Positions 36,128 through 44,846 of a stretch of 64,000 bases of DNA are shown here, piece by piece. The position numbers and the translations under genes were made by a program. The stretch comes from an uncultured Rhodospirillaceae bacterium. Its GTDB lineage: Bacteria; Pseudomonadota; Alphaproteobacteria; Dongiales; Dongiaceae. The notes below the pieces were generated by a model, which searched no databases, was not told the origin of the DNA, and was given only the letters and a program-made list of their open reading frames with translations. The first letter of the stretch is position 1. Each line of letters starts with the position of its first letter. The stretch lies in assembly GCA_964551505.1 (NCBI GenBank), contig CAZKDH010000048.1:1947-65946 (forward strand). The letters are read 5' to 3'.

Positions 36128-38209
36128 ATGAATTCTGCGAACCGCCGCGATCCGCGCTACGACGTTCTGTTCCAGCCCGTCAAGATCGGGCCGGTGACGG
36201 CGAAAAACCGCTTCTTCCAGGTGCCTCACTGCAATGGCATGGGGCACGGGCGCCCCTATGACCATGCCGCGATGCGCGGCATGAAGGCCGAGGGCGGCTG
36301 GGCGGTAGTATCCACCGAAGAATGCGAAATCCATCCCAGCGGCGACATCACCCCCTCGATGGAGGCGCGCCTGTGGGACGACAACGACATTCCCCACAAT
36401 GCGATGATGTGCGAGGCCGTGCATCGCCATGGTGCCCTGGCGGCGATCGAACTCACCCACAACGGTCCTTCGGCCTCGAACTTCTTCAGCCGCGAGGTGC
36501 CGATGGGGCCGTCGCACGAGATGACGCGATACTATCCGTTCCAGGCCCGTGCCATGGATCGGGAGGATATCCGCAACTATCGTCGCTGGCACCGCGAGGC
36601 GGCGATCCGCGCCCGGAAGGCCGGTTTCGATATCGTCTATGTCTATGCCGGCCACGATCTCAGCATGCCGATGCACTTCCTGCAGCGGCGGCGCAACAAC
36701 CGCACCGATGAGTATGGCGGCAGCCTGGAGAACCGCGTCCGCCTGTTTCGCGAGGTGATCGAGGAGGCCAAGGCGACGGTCGGCGACAGCTGCGGCATTG
36801 CGGTGCGCTTCGCGGTCGACGAGCTGCTGGGCAAGGACGGCATCGAGGCGGGTGCCGAGGCGCGCGAGATCGTCGAGATGCTGGCCGAGCTGCCCGATCT
36901 CTGGGACGTCAATGTCAGCGACTGGAAGAACGATTCCAAGACGTCGCGTTTCGGCGAGGAGGGGTTCCAGGAGTCCTTCGTCGGCTTCGTGAAGAAGCTG
37001 ACGACCAAGCCGGTGGTCGGCGTCGGCCGTTTCACCTCGCCCGATGCCATGGTCGGGCAGATCAGGCGCGGCATCCTCGACATGATCGGCGCGGCGCGGC
37101 CCTCGATCGCCGACCCCTTCCTGCCCCGGAAGATCGAGGAGGGCCGGATCGACGACATCCGCGAATGCATCGGCTGCAACATCTGCATCACCGGCGACTA
37201 CATGATCGCGCCGATCCGCTGCACCCAGAACCCCACGATGGGCGAGGAATGGCGGCGCGGCTGGCATCCCGAGTTCATCGCGCCGCGGAAATCGGAAGAC
37301 CGCGTGCTGATCGTCGGTGCCGGACCGGCCGGACTGGAAGCCGCCTTGGCACTCGGCAAGCGCGGATACGAGGTGCATCTCGCGGAGGCGACAACCGATC
37401 TCGGCGGGCGGGTCTCGCGGGAGGCGCGGCTCCCCGGCCTTTCGGCCTGGGGGCGGGTGCGCGACTACCGGGTCTACCAGATCGGCAAGCTGCCCAACGT
37501 GCATCTCTATCGCGACAGCCTGCTGGATGCCGAGCAGGTGCGGGAATTCGGCTTCGAGCGCGTCGTTCTGGCGACCGGGGCCTATTGGCGCAAGGACGGC
37601 ATCGGACGCAGCCACTACCAGCCGATCCCGGGATTTCACGGCGCGAACGTCTTCACCCCGGACGACATCATGGCGGATCGGCTGCCGGCGGCGGGACCGG
37701 TCGTGGTGTTCGACGACGAGCTCTTCTACATGGCCGGCGTCCTGGCCGAGAAGATCCGCAGGACCGGCCTCGACGTCACCCTGGTGACGCCGGCGGATTC
37801 CGCGTCAAGCTGGACGACCAATACCCTGGAACTGCATTTCATCAACAAGCAGCTGCGGGAACTGGGTGTGGAGGTGGTTACGGCGTATGCGGTGACCGGC
37901 TTCGATGGCAGCCGGGCCGAGATCGCCTGCGGCTTCACCGGCAAGACCCGGTCGCTTCCCGCCAGGGCGGTGGTCTCCGTCACCGCGCGCCTGCCGCACG
38001 AGGACCTCTACCACGCGCTCGCCGCCGACCCGGCGGCACTGGCGGCCGCGGGAATCAAGTCGGTGGTGCGGATCGGTGACTGCCTGGCTCCGGGATTCAT
38101 CGCCCATGCCGTCTATGCCGGCCACAAATACGCCCGCGACCTCGACGAACCGGCGCCCAAGGGGGAGGTCACCTTCCGCCGGTCGCTGCCGCTGACCGTG
38201 ACGCCGTGA
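36128..38209 (+). CDS. Trimethylamine/dimethylamine/histamine dehydrogenase family flavoprotein (OYE-like FMN domain, 4Fe-4S, ADP-binding domains)
   Basis: RDPRYDVLFQPVKIGPVTAKNRFFQVPHCNGMG aligns with the TMADH N-terminus, including the Cys that forms 6-S-cysteinyl-FMN. CIGCNICITGDYMIAPIRC is the Cx2Cx2Cx11C 4Fe-4S motif. VLIVGAGPAGLEAALALGKRGYEVHLAE is a dinucleotide fold. Confidence 0.9.
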   Translation: MNSANRRDPRYDVLFQPVKIGPVTAKNRFFQVPHCNGMGHGRPYDHAAMRGMKAEGGWAVVSTEECEIHPSGDITPSMEARLWDDNDIPHNAMMCEAVHRHGALAAIELTHNGPSASNFFSREVPMGPSHEMTRYYPFQARAMDREDIRNYRRWHREAAIRARKAGFDIVYVYAGHDLSMPMHFLQRRRNNRTDEYGGSLENRVRLFREVIEEAKATVGDSCGIAVRFAVDELLGKDGIEAGAEAREIVEMLAELPDLWDVNVSDWKNDSKTSRFGEEGFQESFVGFVKKLTTKPVVGVGRFTSPDAMVGQIRRGILDMIGAARPSIADPFLPRKIEEGRIDDIRECIGCNICITGDYMIAPIRCTQNPTMGEEWRRGWHPEFIAPRKSEDRVLIVGAGPAGLEAALALGKRGYEVHLAEATTDLGGRVSREARLPGLSAWGRVRDYRVYQIGKLPNVHLYRDSLLDAEQVREFGFERVVLATGAYWRKDGIGRSHYQPIPGFHGANVFTPDDIMADRLPAAGPVVVFDDELFYMAGVLAEKIRRTGLDVTLVTPADSASSWTTNTLELHFINKQLRELGVEVVTAYAVTGFDGSRAEIACGFTGKTRSLPARAVVSVTARLPHEDLYHALAADPAALAAAGIKSVVRIGDCLAPGFIAHAVYAGHKYARDLDEPAPKGEVTFRRSLPLTVTP

Positions 38210-38227
38210 GCCTCCGCGCCCGGCTGG

Positions 38228-39502
38228 TCAATGGGCCAATCCCTCCGGCGCCGCCGCCGTCGCGGGTGGGTGAAATTCGCCGCGCGGATCGAGTTCGGGG
38301 GCGCCATAGGTGGCCTGGCTGATCGGCACGGCCACGTAGTTGCTCTGCTCCTGCGGCGTCTTCGCGCGGCGCCGCATGACGCGGTAGATGGCGAACAGCG
38401 CGACCGCCAGGAAGCAGGCGGCGGCGAAGAGCAGCAGCCCCTGCGGCCCGACCTGATGCATCACCAGGCCGGCCGTCGCCGGGCCGAAGCACGAGCCCAG
38501 GCCCCAGGCGAAGAGCAGGCCGCTGGAAGCCGCGACGAAATCGTGCTTCTCCACGTAGTCGGTCGTCTGGCCCACGGCCAGCGCATAGAGCGGCGATTCG
38601 AAAGCGGTGAGGACGAAGAACAATACCACCAGCCAGGTGAAGCTGAGGTCGGGCTGGGCATACAGCGCCAGCGCGACCGCCGTCGAAACCAGCATGATGG
38701 AGATGATGACCGGCCGGCGGCCGTAATTGTCCGACACGTAGCCGATGGGGTACTGCGTCACCAGGGCGGCGATGGTGGTGATGGAATAGAGGAGGCTCAG
38801 CTCCTTTTCGGCGTAGCCATGGTCGTTGATATATGCCGGCATCAGGCCGTAGAGGCCGCCATTCATCATCCCCGAGCCGAAGGCGCAGACCACGCCCGTT
38901 GGCGAGATCTTGAACAGCCGGGCGATGCTGAGATGCTTATTCTCGCCGATCTCCGGGTTGCCGACCCGGGTGATCGCCAGGGGAATCATCGCGGCGGAGA
39001 GGCCGATGGTGATCAGCACGAAGAGCAGGATGCCGCCGGGCGTGTCGAAATTCAGCAGCAGCGGCGACACGCCGGACGCCGCCCAGCTGACGGTCGTGTA
39101 CATGGCGAAGACCCGGCCGCGGTTGTCCTCGCTTGCCTTGTCGGTCATCCAGGATTCGATCACCACGAAGGCGCCGGCCAGCGCATAGCCGGCGCCGCCG
39201 CGCAGGACCACCCAGAGGAAAGGGTCGTGCAGCACGGTATAGAGAATGGCGATGTTGGACGAACAGACGGCGAAGACGCCGAAGGCGCGGATATGCCCGA
39301 CCCGGTTGATCATCCGCTGGCAGGTGAGGGTGCCGAGGAGGAAGCCGACGAAATAGGCCGAGGCCGCGCCGCCCACCAGGAAGGTGGAGGCCCCGCCCGA
39401 GGACAGGCGATAGCCGATCAGCGGCGACATCACGCCCAGCGCCCCTTCCATCAGGACGACGGCCAACAAGACAGGCGCTACCGGCTGAACGGCCTTCCAC
39501 AT
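38228..39502 (-). CDS. MFS transporter
   Basis: 424 aa with about 12 hydrophobic segments. MFS motif A-like ..GTLTCQRMINRVGHIRA.. lies between TM2 and TM3. Confidence 0.85.
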   Translation of the reverse strand: MWKAVQPVAPVLLAVVLMEGALGVMSPLIGYRLSSGGASTFLVGGAASAYFVGFLLGTLTCQRMINRVGHIRAFGVFAVCSSNIAILYTVLHDPFLWVVLRGGAGYALAGAFVVIESWMTDKASEDNRGRVFAMYTTVSWAASGVSPLLLNFDTPGGILLFVLITIGLSAAMIPLAITRVGNPEIGENKHLSIARLFKISPTGVVCAFGSGMMNGGLYGLMPAYINDHGYAEKELSLLYSITTIAALVTQYPIGYVSDNYGRRPVIISIMLVSTAVALALYAQPDLSFTWLVVLFFVLTAFESPLYALAVGQTTDYVEKHDFVAASSGLLFAWGLGSCFGPATAGLVMHQVGPQGLLLFAAACFLAVALFAIYRVMRRRAKTPQEQSNYVAVPISQATYGAPELDPRGEFHPPATAAAPEGLAH

Positions 39503-39635
39503 CGCGATGCCTTCCAGTGCGGCTGATATCCCTAACCGGCCGGCCCCGCGCCCGGAGCGGGAAAAGCCGGGGCGACGGCCGTCCTACCTTCTCCCATATC
39601 GGCGGAGCGGACTCAACCGAAAGCGCGGACGCGCC

Positions 39636-40811
39636 CTATTCCACCAGGGCGGAAAGCCCGCGCTTGTAGAGCCCGTTGGCGATGATGATCCGCTGGATCT
39701 CGCTGGCGCCCTCCCAGATCCGGTCGACCCTCAGTTCCCGGAAGTAGCGCTCGGCGACGTTCTCGCGCATGTAGCCGCGCCCGCCGAAGATCTGCACCGC
39801 CCGGTCGGCGACGCGGTTGGCCATCTCCGAGGCGTAGAGCTTCACCATCGAGGACTGGGCATGGCTGACCTTGACGTCCTCGCCTTCGTCAATCGCCTGG
39901 GCGGTGCGGTAGACCATCAGGCGGGCGGCCCAGAGTTCGGTGGTGCTGTCGGCCAGCATGAACTGGATCGCCTGCATGGCGGAAAGCTTCTCGCCGAAGA
40001 CCACGCGCTGCTGGGCGAAGGCGGTTGCCTCCGCGATCAGGCGGGATGCCGCGCCGCAGCAGCGCGCGGCGATCATCAGGCGCTCGTAGCGGAACCAGTC
40101 GTAGGTGAAGCCCATCCCGTCGCCTTCCTCGCCGATCCGGTTGGCGGCCGAGACCCGCACGTCGGTGAACCGGTAGATCGGGTGATGCGAGCGATATGTA
40201 TGGGTATAGGCCGGGGTCCTGACCACCTCGACGCCGGGTGTGCCCTGGTCGACGAAGAACAGGCAATGGCTGCCGGCCTTCGGGCCATCGGCGAGCTTGG
40301 CCTGGAAGATCAGGAAGTCGGCGAGATTGGCGCTGGTCACGTGCCACTTCTCGCCATTCAGCACATAGTGCTCGCCGTCGCGCCGCGCCGTCGCCTGGAT
40401 GGCATCGACGTCGGAGCCGGCATCGGCCTCGGTGATCGCATAGCACTCGTGCTTCTCGTCGCGGATGATCGGCTTGATCCAGGTCTCGATCTGGTGCGGC
40501 GAGCAGGCCTTCAGCATCCAGGATTGCGGGTTGTTGGCGCACCAGCCGAGGGCGTTGGTGACCCGGCCCAGCTCCTCCTGGGCAATCGTCTGTTCGAACA
40601 TGGTGTAGCCGGCGCCGCCCATCGCCACCGGGATGTCCATGTTGTAGAGCCCGGCCGCCCGGGCGCCGGCCTTGTGGCGCTTGCGGACCTCTGCCGGCAC
40701 CTCGCCGTTGTTCATCTCGGCATGGACTTCCCAGGGGATCAGCTCCTCGGTGACGAAGCGCCGGACCTTCTGCTGGATTTCCCTGGCGCGCGGCGGCAGC
40801 GGATAGCTCAT
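39636..40811 (-). CDS. Acyl-CoA dehydrogenase family protein
   Basis: ..CYAITEADAGSDV...NGEKWHVTSA...QRVVFGEKL...IFGGRGYMRE..ERYFRELRVDRIWEGASEIQR.. with the catalytic Glu in the IWEG motif. Confidence 0.9.
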   Translation of the reverse strand: MSYPLPPRAREIQQKVRRFVTEELIPWEVHAEMNNGEVPAEVRKRHKAGARAAGLYNMDIPVAMGGAGYTMFEQTIAQEELGRVTNALGWCANNPQSWMLKACSPHQIETWIKPIIRDEKHECYAITEADAGSDVDAIQATARRDGEHYVLNGEKWHVTSANLADFLIFQAKLADGPKAGSHCLFFVDQGTPGVEVVRTPAYTHTYRSHHPIYRFTDVRVSAANRIGEEGDGMGFTYDWFRYERLMIAARCCGAASRLIAEATAFAQQRVVFGEKLSAMQAIQFMLADSTTELWAARLMVYRTAQAIDEGEDVKVSHAQSSMVKLYASEMANRVADRAVQIFGGRGYMRENVAERYFRELRVDRIWEGASEIQRIIIANGLYKRGLSALVE

Positions 40812-40844
40812 GCGGTCGATCTTTCTCTCTCAGCTGGCGAAGGT

Positions 40845-42053
40845 TCAGGCGGCGGCGCGCTGGGCGCGCAGCTGGGCATTGACGGCGGCGACGCTGCCCG
40901 GGGCCGGGGCCTGGTCGAGCGTCGTCACCGGCAGGGCCTGGCGGACCATGTCGTGCAGCTGGCGGAGGCCGACCTCCTTCTCGGAGAGCAGGCCAAAACT
41001 GTAGCTGCCGGAAGCAAGTCCGCTCTGCACCGAGGCGACCAGTGCCTCGTCCTCGGTCTGCACGTCGGTGTTGATCCGGCGGTTGAGCCAGCGCAGAGCC
41101 TTCATTTCCCGGCTCATGTTGGGGAGGGCGTAGATGCGCCCGCGCAGCAGGGTCTTGCTCGGCCCCAGCGGCAGCACCTCGAAGGTGCCGATGCATTCCG
41201 GATAGAAGTCGAAGGCGAGGCTGGGCAGCAGGTTGTAGTAGGCCCAGGCGCGCTGTCGCTCCGGCGTCAGGTGCGGCAGCGGCGGCAGCACGCTCTGGTA
41301 CATGCGCTCGCTCCAGTTGCTCGACGGGCGGTCGGCGATCAGGCCGAGCTGGCGCGTCACCATGCTCGGCTTGGCCTCGGCGAAGTAGTTGCTGCCGAAA
41401 AGGCGGTAGAGGCCGGGATGGCCGACCGGCACATGATAGCCCTCGAGCTGGTTGTCGATCAGGTTCTTCCAGTTGACCGGGATCTCGCTGTGCCAGGCGG
41501 TGCCCAGGCTCTCCATCTCGGCGCTGCGATAGGCCAGCATCTCGTCGTGGTAGGGGGCGAAGCGCTCGGCGACGCCGGCGCCGCCGCCGCGGAACCGCAC
41601 GAAGACGAAACCGAGATAGACCTCGAGGTCGATCGGCTTCAGCCCGAATTCGCTGCGCTCCATCTCCGGGAAGCTCTTCTCGGCCGGGACCGCCTTCAGC
41701 CGGCCGTCGAAGCCATAGGTCCAGCCGTGATAGGGACAGCGCAGGGCGCCCTTGCAGCTGCCCGTCTCGCCGGTCACCAGGGCATGGGCGCGGTGGCGGC
41801 AGACGTTGTAGAAGGCGCGCAGGCTGCCGTCGGCGTCGCGGATCACCAGGGCGCGCTCGCCGAAGGCCTCGACCGCGTGGTAGTCGCCGGGCGCCTTCAC
41901 CTCGTTCTGGTGGCAGGCGAGGATCCAGGTGCCGAGCAGCAGCTCCTGGCGCTCCAGCTCGTGGAACTCCGCGTTGTTGTAGCACCAGCCGGGCAGGGTC
42001 TGGTCCTTGAAGTTGCGCGGTGCCGCGCTTCGGGTCTCTGGCAGGGCGTTCAT
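40845..42053 (-). CDS. Rieske [2Fe-2S] non-heme-iron oxygenase, alpha-subunit-only type (GbcA/CntA/Stc2-like)
   Basis: Rieske motif CRHRAH..(17)..CPYHGWTY. Mononuclear Fe motif NQLEGYHVPVGH (ExxHxxxxH). No beta-subunit or reductase ORF adjacent. Confidence 0.9.
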   Translation of the reverse strand: MNALPETRSAAPRNFKDQTLPGWCYNNAEFHELERQELLLGTWILACHQNEVKAPGDYHAVEAFGERALVIRDADGSLRAFYNVCRHRAHALVTGETGSCKGALRCPYHGWTYGFDGRLKAVPAEKSFPEMERSEFGLKPIDLEVYLGFVFVRFRGGGAGVAERFAPYHDEMLAYRSAEMESLGTAWHSEIPVNWKNLIDNQLEGYHVPVGHPGLYRLFGSNYFAEAKPSMVTRQLGLIADRPSSNWSERMYQSVLPPLPHLTPERQRAWAYYNLLPSLAFDFYPECIGTFEVLPLGPSKTLLRGRIYALPNMSREMKALRWLNRRINTDVQTEDEALVASVQSGLASGSYSFGLLSEKEVGLRQLHDMVRQALPVTTLDQAPAPGSVAAVNAQLRAQRAAA

Positions 42054-42071
42054 CTCGCTCTCCTTCCGGGG

Positions 42072-42707
42072 TCAGGCCGCGGTCGCTGCAGCGGCGACGG
42101 GTTTCTTGAAGTCGTTGGGGAACAGGCCGGCGAGGAAGGTGCGCACCGTCGCCTTGGCGCTCTCCCGATCGGTTTCCTTGGGGCTGATCAGCATGTCGAG
42201 CCACAGCCCGTCGATCATCGCGTTGTAGCCGCGCGCCACCAGGTCCGGATCGATCCCGGCATAGCCGCCGTCGGCGATGATCCGCCGGAACAGGTCGGTC
42301 ATGCCGGTCTGGAACGCGACCGAGAGCTCGCTGCAGATCCGCAGGAATTCCGGCCGCCAGCGGGTCTCGCCCCAGAAGGCGTACCACACCGTCACCTGCT
42401 TGCGGTTGGCGACCGCGCGGTGGAAGTCGACCTCCAGCATGGCGTCGATCTGCGCCATCGGCGCCGGGCCGACCTTGGCGACGGCGTCGTCGATCTGCCG
42501 GCGGTACTCCTCGACCAGGTGCTTCAGCGTGGCGATCAGCAGGGCGTCCTTGCTCCTGAAATAGAAGTTCACGATGCCGACCGACAGCCGGGCGGCCTCG
42601 GCCACCTGCGCCAGGGTGAGGTCGGAAAACCCGCGCCGGGCGATGCAGTCGATCGTCGCCTCGATCAGCTGGATGCGGCGGGCTTCCTTCAGGCCGTCTC
42701 GGGACAT
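42072..42707 (-). CDS. TetR/AcrR family transcriptional regulator
   Basis: ..RRIQLIEATIDCIARRGFSDLTLAQVAEAARLSVGIVNFYFRSKDALL.. is the TetR HTH. Start set at the ATG 42705-42707. Its stop is 18 nt before the Rieske gene start. Confidence 0.85.
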   Translation of the reverse strand: MSRDGLKEARRIQLIEATIDCIARRGFSDLTLAQVAEAARLSVGIVNFYFRSKDALLIATLKHLVEEYRRQIDDAVAKVGPAPMAQIDAMLEVDFHRAVANRKQVTVWYAFWGETRWRPEFLRICSELSVAFQTGMTDLFRRIIADGGYAGIDPDLVARGYNAMIDGLWLDMLISPKETDRESAKATVRTFLAGLFPNDFKKPVAAAATAA

Positions 42708-42784
42708 GCGGGCTCCGGTTGTGGCAGTTGGCGTTGGAGGTGATTTTCGCCAAGATAATGAAAACAAGTCATTTATGCAATCAG

Positions 42785-42802
42785 ATTGAATGTGCGTTCA
42801 AT
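42785..42802. promoter_or_regulatory. Perfect inverted repeat ATTGAA-N6-TTCAAT (candidate TetR operator)
   Basis: Read directly in the AT-rich 253-bp divergent spacer between the TetR gene and the second acyl-CoA dehydrogenase gene. Confidence 0.4.
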
Positions 42803-42840
42803 CAATATGGGGAATCAAGAACTTGCCGGACGCTGCCTTG

Positions 42841-42856
42841 TTATACATTTGTATAA
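42841..42856. promoter_or_regulatory. Perfect inverted repeat TTATAC-N4-GTATAA (candidate operator, overlaps a possible -10)
   Basis: TTATACATTTGTATAA read directly, about 105 nt upstream of the ATG at 42961. Confidence 0.4.
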
Positions 42857-42960
42857 ATACTGCTTTGCAGGGAATCCGCCGGCCGCTATGCTGGCCGCCA
42901 GCTTCGCCCGCGTCCGCTTTTACGCCCAGCCGCTTTCACGACCAGCCGAAAGACCCGACC

Positions 42961-44127
42961 ATGGCCTATGATTTCCAGCCCAGCGACGAGCAGCGCATGC
43001 TGGTCGACACCGTGCGCCAGTTCATCGAGAAGGAGCTGTATCCGCACGAGCGCGAGGTCGACCGCCTCGGCCATGTCACGCCGGACCTCGCCAGGCAGCT
43101 GAAGGCCAGGGCCAAGGAGGTCGGGCTCTATTCCGCCAACATGCCGGAATCGGTAGGCGGCGCCGGCCTCGACGTGATGTCGCAGATGCTGATGGAGCGC
43201 GAGCTCGGCAAGGTCAACTGGGCGCTGCAGAAGTTCGTCGGCCGGCCCTCGGCGATCCTGATGGCCTGCCGGGACGAGCAGATCGAGAAATACCTGCTGC
43301 CCACGGTGCGCGGCGACATCACCGAGGTCTTCGCCCTGACCGAACCCGGGGCCGGCTCCGATGCGATGTCGATCTCGACCCGGGCCGAGAAGGACGGCGA
43401 CGATTTCGTCATCAAGGGGCAGAAGCATTTCATCAGCTGCGTCGGGCTGCCGGATTTCGCCATCGTCTTCACGGTCACCGGGATCGAGGAGAGCAAGCGC
43501 GGGCCGCGCAAGCAGATCACCGCCTTCCTGGTCGATCGCGACACGCCAGGCTTCACCATCCGCCGCGGTCCGCGCTGCGTCGCCTATCGCGCCTATGACA
43601 ACTACGAGCTGTTCTTCGACAGCGTGCGCCTGCACAAGCGCCAGATCCTCGGCGAGGAGGGCAAGGGCTTCGATCTCGCCAACCAGTGGCTGACCGGCGG
43701 CCGGGTCTTCATCGCCGCCAATTGCTGCGGCAAGGCCGAGCGTGCGATGGAACTGGCGCTGAACTGGGCGGCGACCCGCAAGCAGTTCGGCCAGGCGATC
43801 GGCAAGTTCCAGGGCACCGCCTTCAAGCTCGCCGACATGCGGACCGAGCTCGCGGCCGCCGACGCGCTCACCGCCTATGTCTGCTGGAAGCTGGAGAACG
43901 GCACCATGACCAATGGCGACGCGGCGATGGCGAAGCTCTTCGCCAGCGAGATGCTGGGCCGGGTCACCGACCAGGCGATCCAGGTCTTCGGCGGCATGGG
44001 GCTGATGGACGAGCTGCCGCTGGAGATGATGTGGCGCGACGCCCGCATCGAGCGCATCTGGGAAGGCACCTCCGAGATCCAGCGCCACATCATTTCGCGG
44101 GAGATGCTGCGGCCACTGGAGTCCTGA
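42961..44127 (+). CDS. Acyl-CoA dehydrogenase family protein
   Basis: MAYDFQPSDEQRMLVDTVRQFIEKEL...FALTEPGAGSDA...KGQKHFIS...RKQFGQAIGKFQG...VFGGMGLMDE..MWRDARIERIWEGTSEIQR. Start at 42961; the track's 42790 start adds non-coding AT-rich sequence. Confidence 0.9.
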   Translation: MAYDFQPSDEQRMLVDTVRQFIEKELYPHEREVDRLGHVTPDLARQLKARAKEVGLYSANMPESVGGAGLDVMSQMLMERELGKVNWALQKFVGRPSAILMACRDEQIEKYLLPTVRGDITEVFALTEPGAGSDAMSISTRAEKDGDDFVIKGQKHFISCVGLPDFAIVFTVTGIEESKRGPRKQITAFLVDRDTPGFTIRRGPRCVAYRAYDNYELFFDSVRLHKRQILGEEGKGFDLANQWLTGGRVFIAANCCGKAERAMELALNWAATRKQFGQAIGKFQGTAFKLADMRTELAAADALTAYVCWKLENGTMTNGDAAMAKLFASEMLGRVTDQAIQVFGGMGLMDELPLEMMWRDARIERIWEGTSEIQRHIISREMLRPLES

Positions 44128-44187
44128 GCGGGCTTCCGCCCGGACTCCGGCAAACCTGGTCTGCCGGAACCTAAGACGACCGGACGC

Positions 44188-44694
44188 CTAGTCCTTTTGC
44201 AGGCCTTCGAGCGCGAGGTCGCCGGATTCGATCGCATTGCGCACCGCGCCGAGCGCGCGGTCGAGTTCCTCGTACATCACGCGCGCCCGTTCCAGGTTGC
44301 GGATGTCGATCTCGGTCACCGGCCCGTGATTGACCGCCCCCAGGTCGAGAGCCTGGGCGAGGTAGCGGCCCTTCAGTTTGGCCAGGATGCGACCAAGGCG
44401 CTGCACCTCGACCGGCGTCGCGCCGACCACCGCGTTCTGCGTCTCGGCCCGGGTGAAGTTCTTCAGATCGGTCGCCAGGTGATAGAGATATTGGCCGACG
44501 CTGGGCGAGCGCTCGAAGAACTGGGCGCGTTCGCGGTTGGCGCTGCGCGGCGGCGGCTGCATCGCATAGATCGGCGCGGTGGTGGCGGCGCCGTGCGGCA
44601 GAGCATTGCTGTTGACGGCAGCGGGCCGCTTCGGCCGCGGCGCCGGCTCCGGCGCAGCCTTTGCCTCGTCGCGCGTGTTGAACATCGACAGCAT
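44188..44694 (-). CDS. Hypothetical protein (168 aa), no family recognised
   Basis: GGAGGGAG SD 6 nt before the ATG at 44692-44694. Pro/Ala-rich N-terminal 60 aa or so, then a predicted helical region (..YLYHLATDLKNFTRAETQNAVVGATPVEVQRLGRILAKLKGRYLAQALDL..RNLERARVMYEELDRALGAVRNAIESGDLALEGLQKD). Confidence 0.6.
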   Translation of the reverse strand: MLSMFNTRDEAKAAPEPAPRPKRPAAVNSNALPHGAATTAPIYAMQPPPRSANRERAQFFERSPSVGQYLYHLATDLKNFTRAETQNAVVGATPVEVQRLGRILAKLKGRYLAQALDLGAVNHGPVTEIDIRNLERARVMYEELDRALGAVRNAIESGDLALEGLQKD

Positions 44695-44846
44695 GCGGAT
44701 CTCCCTCCAGCCAGAACCCGGGCGCAATCCCCCGGTCCCCCGATCCTTGCAACCTTCGTGCCGCCGGAGCCTGACGCTAAACGATTGAATTCATTGACTG
44801 CAGCAGGTGGCTCTGCGGCGCCGGGCAGTCTTTGCCCGGCAGGCCC

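Noticed and set aside
39507-42753. 1078-aa (+) and 954-aa (-) ORFs spanning the ACAD/Rieske/TetR region
   Set aside because: Both are extremely Arg/Gly/Ala/Pro-rich with no recognisable motifs. They overlap three minus-strand genes in another frame that carry clear catalytic motifs (IWEG..SEIQR, CxH..CxxH, TetR HTH).
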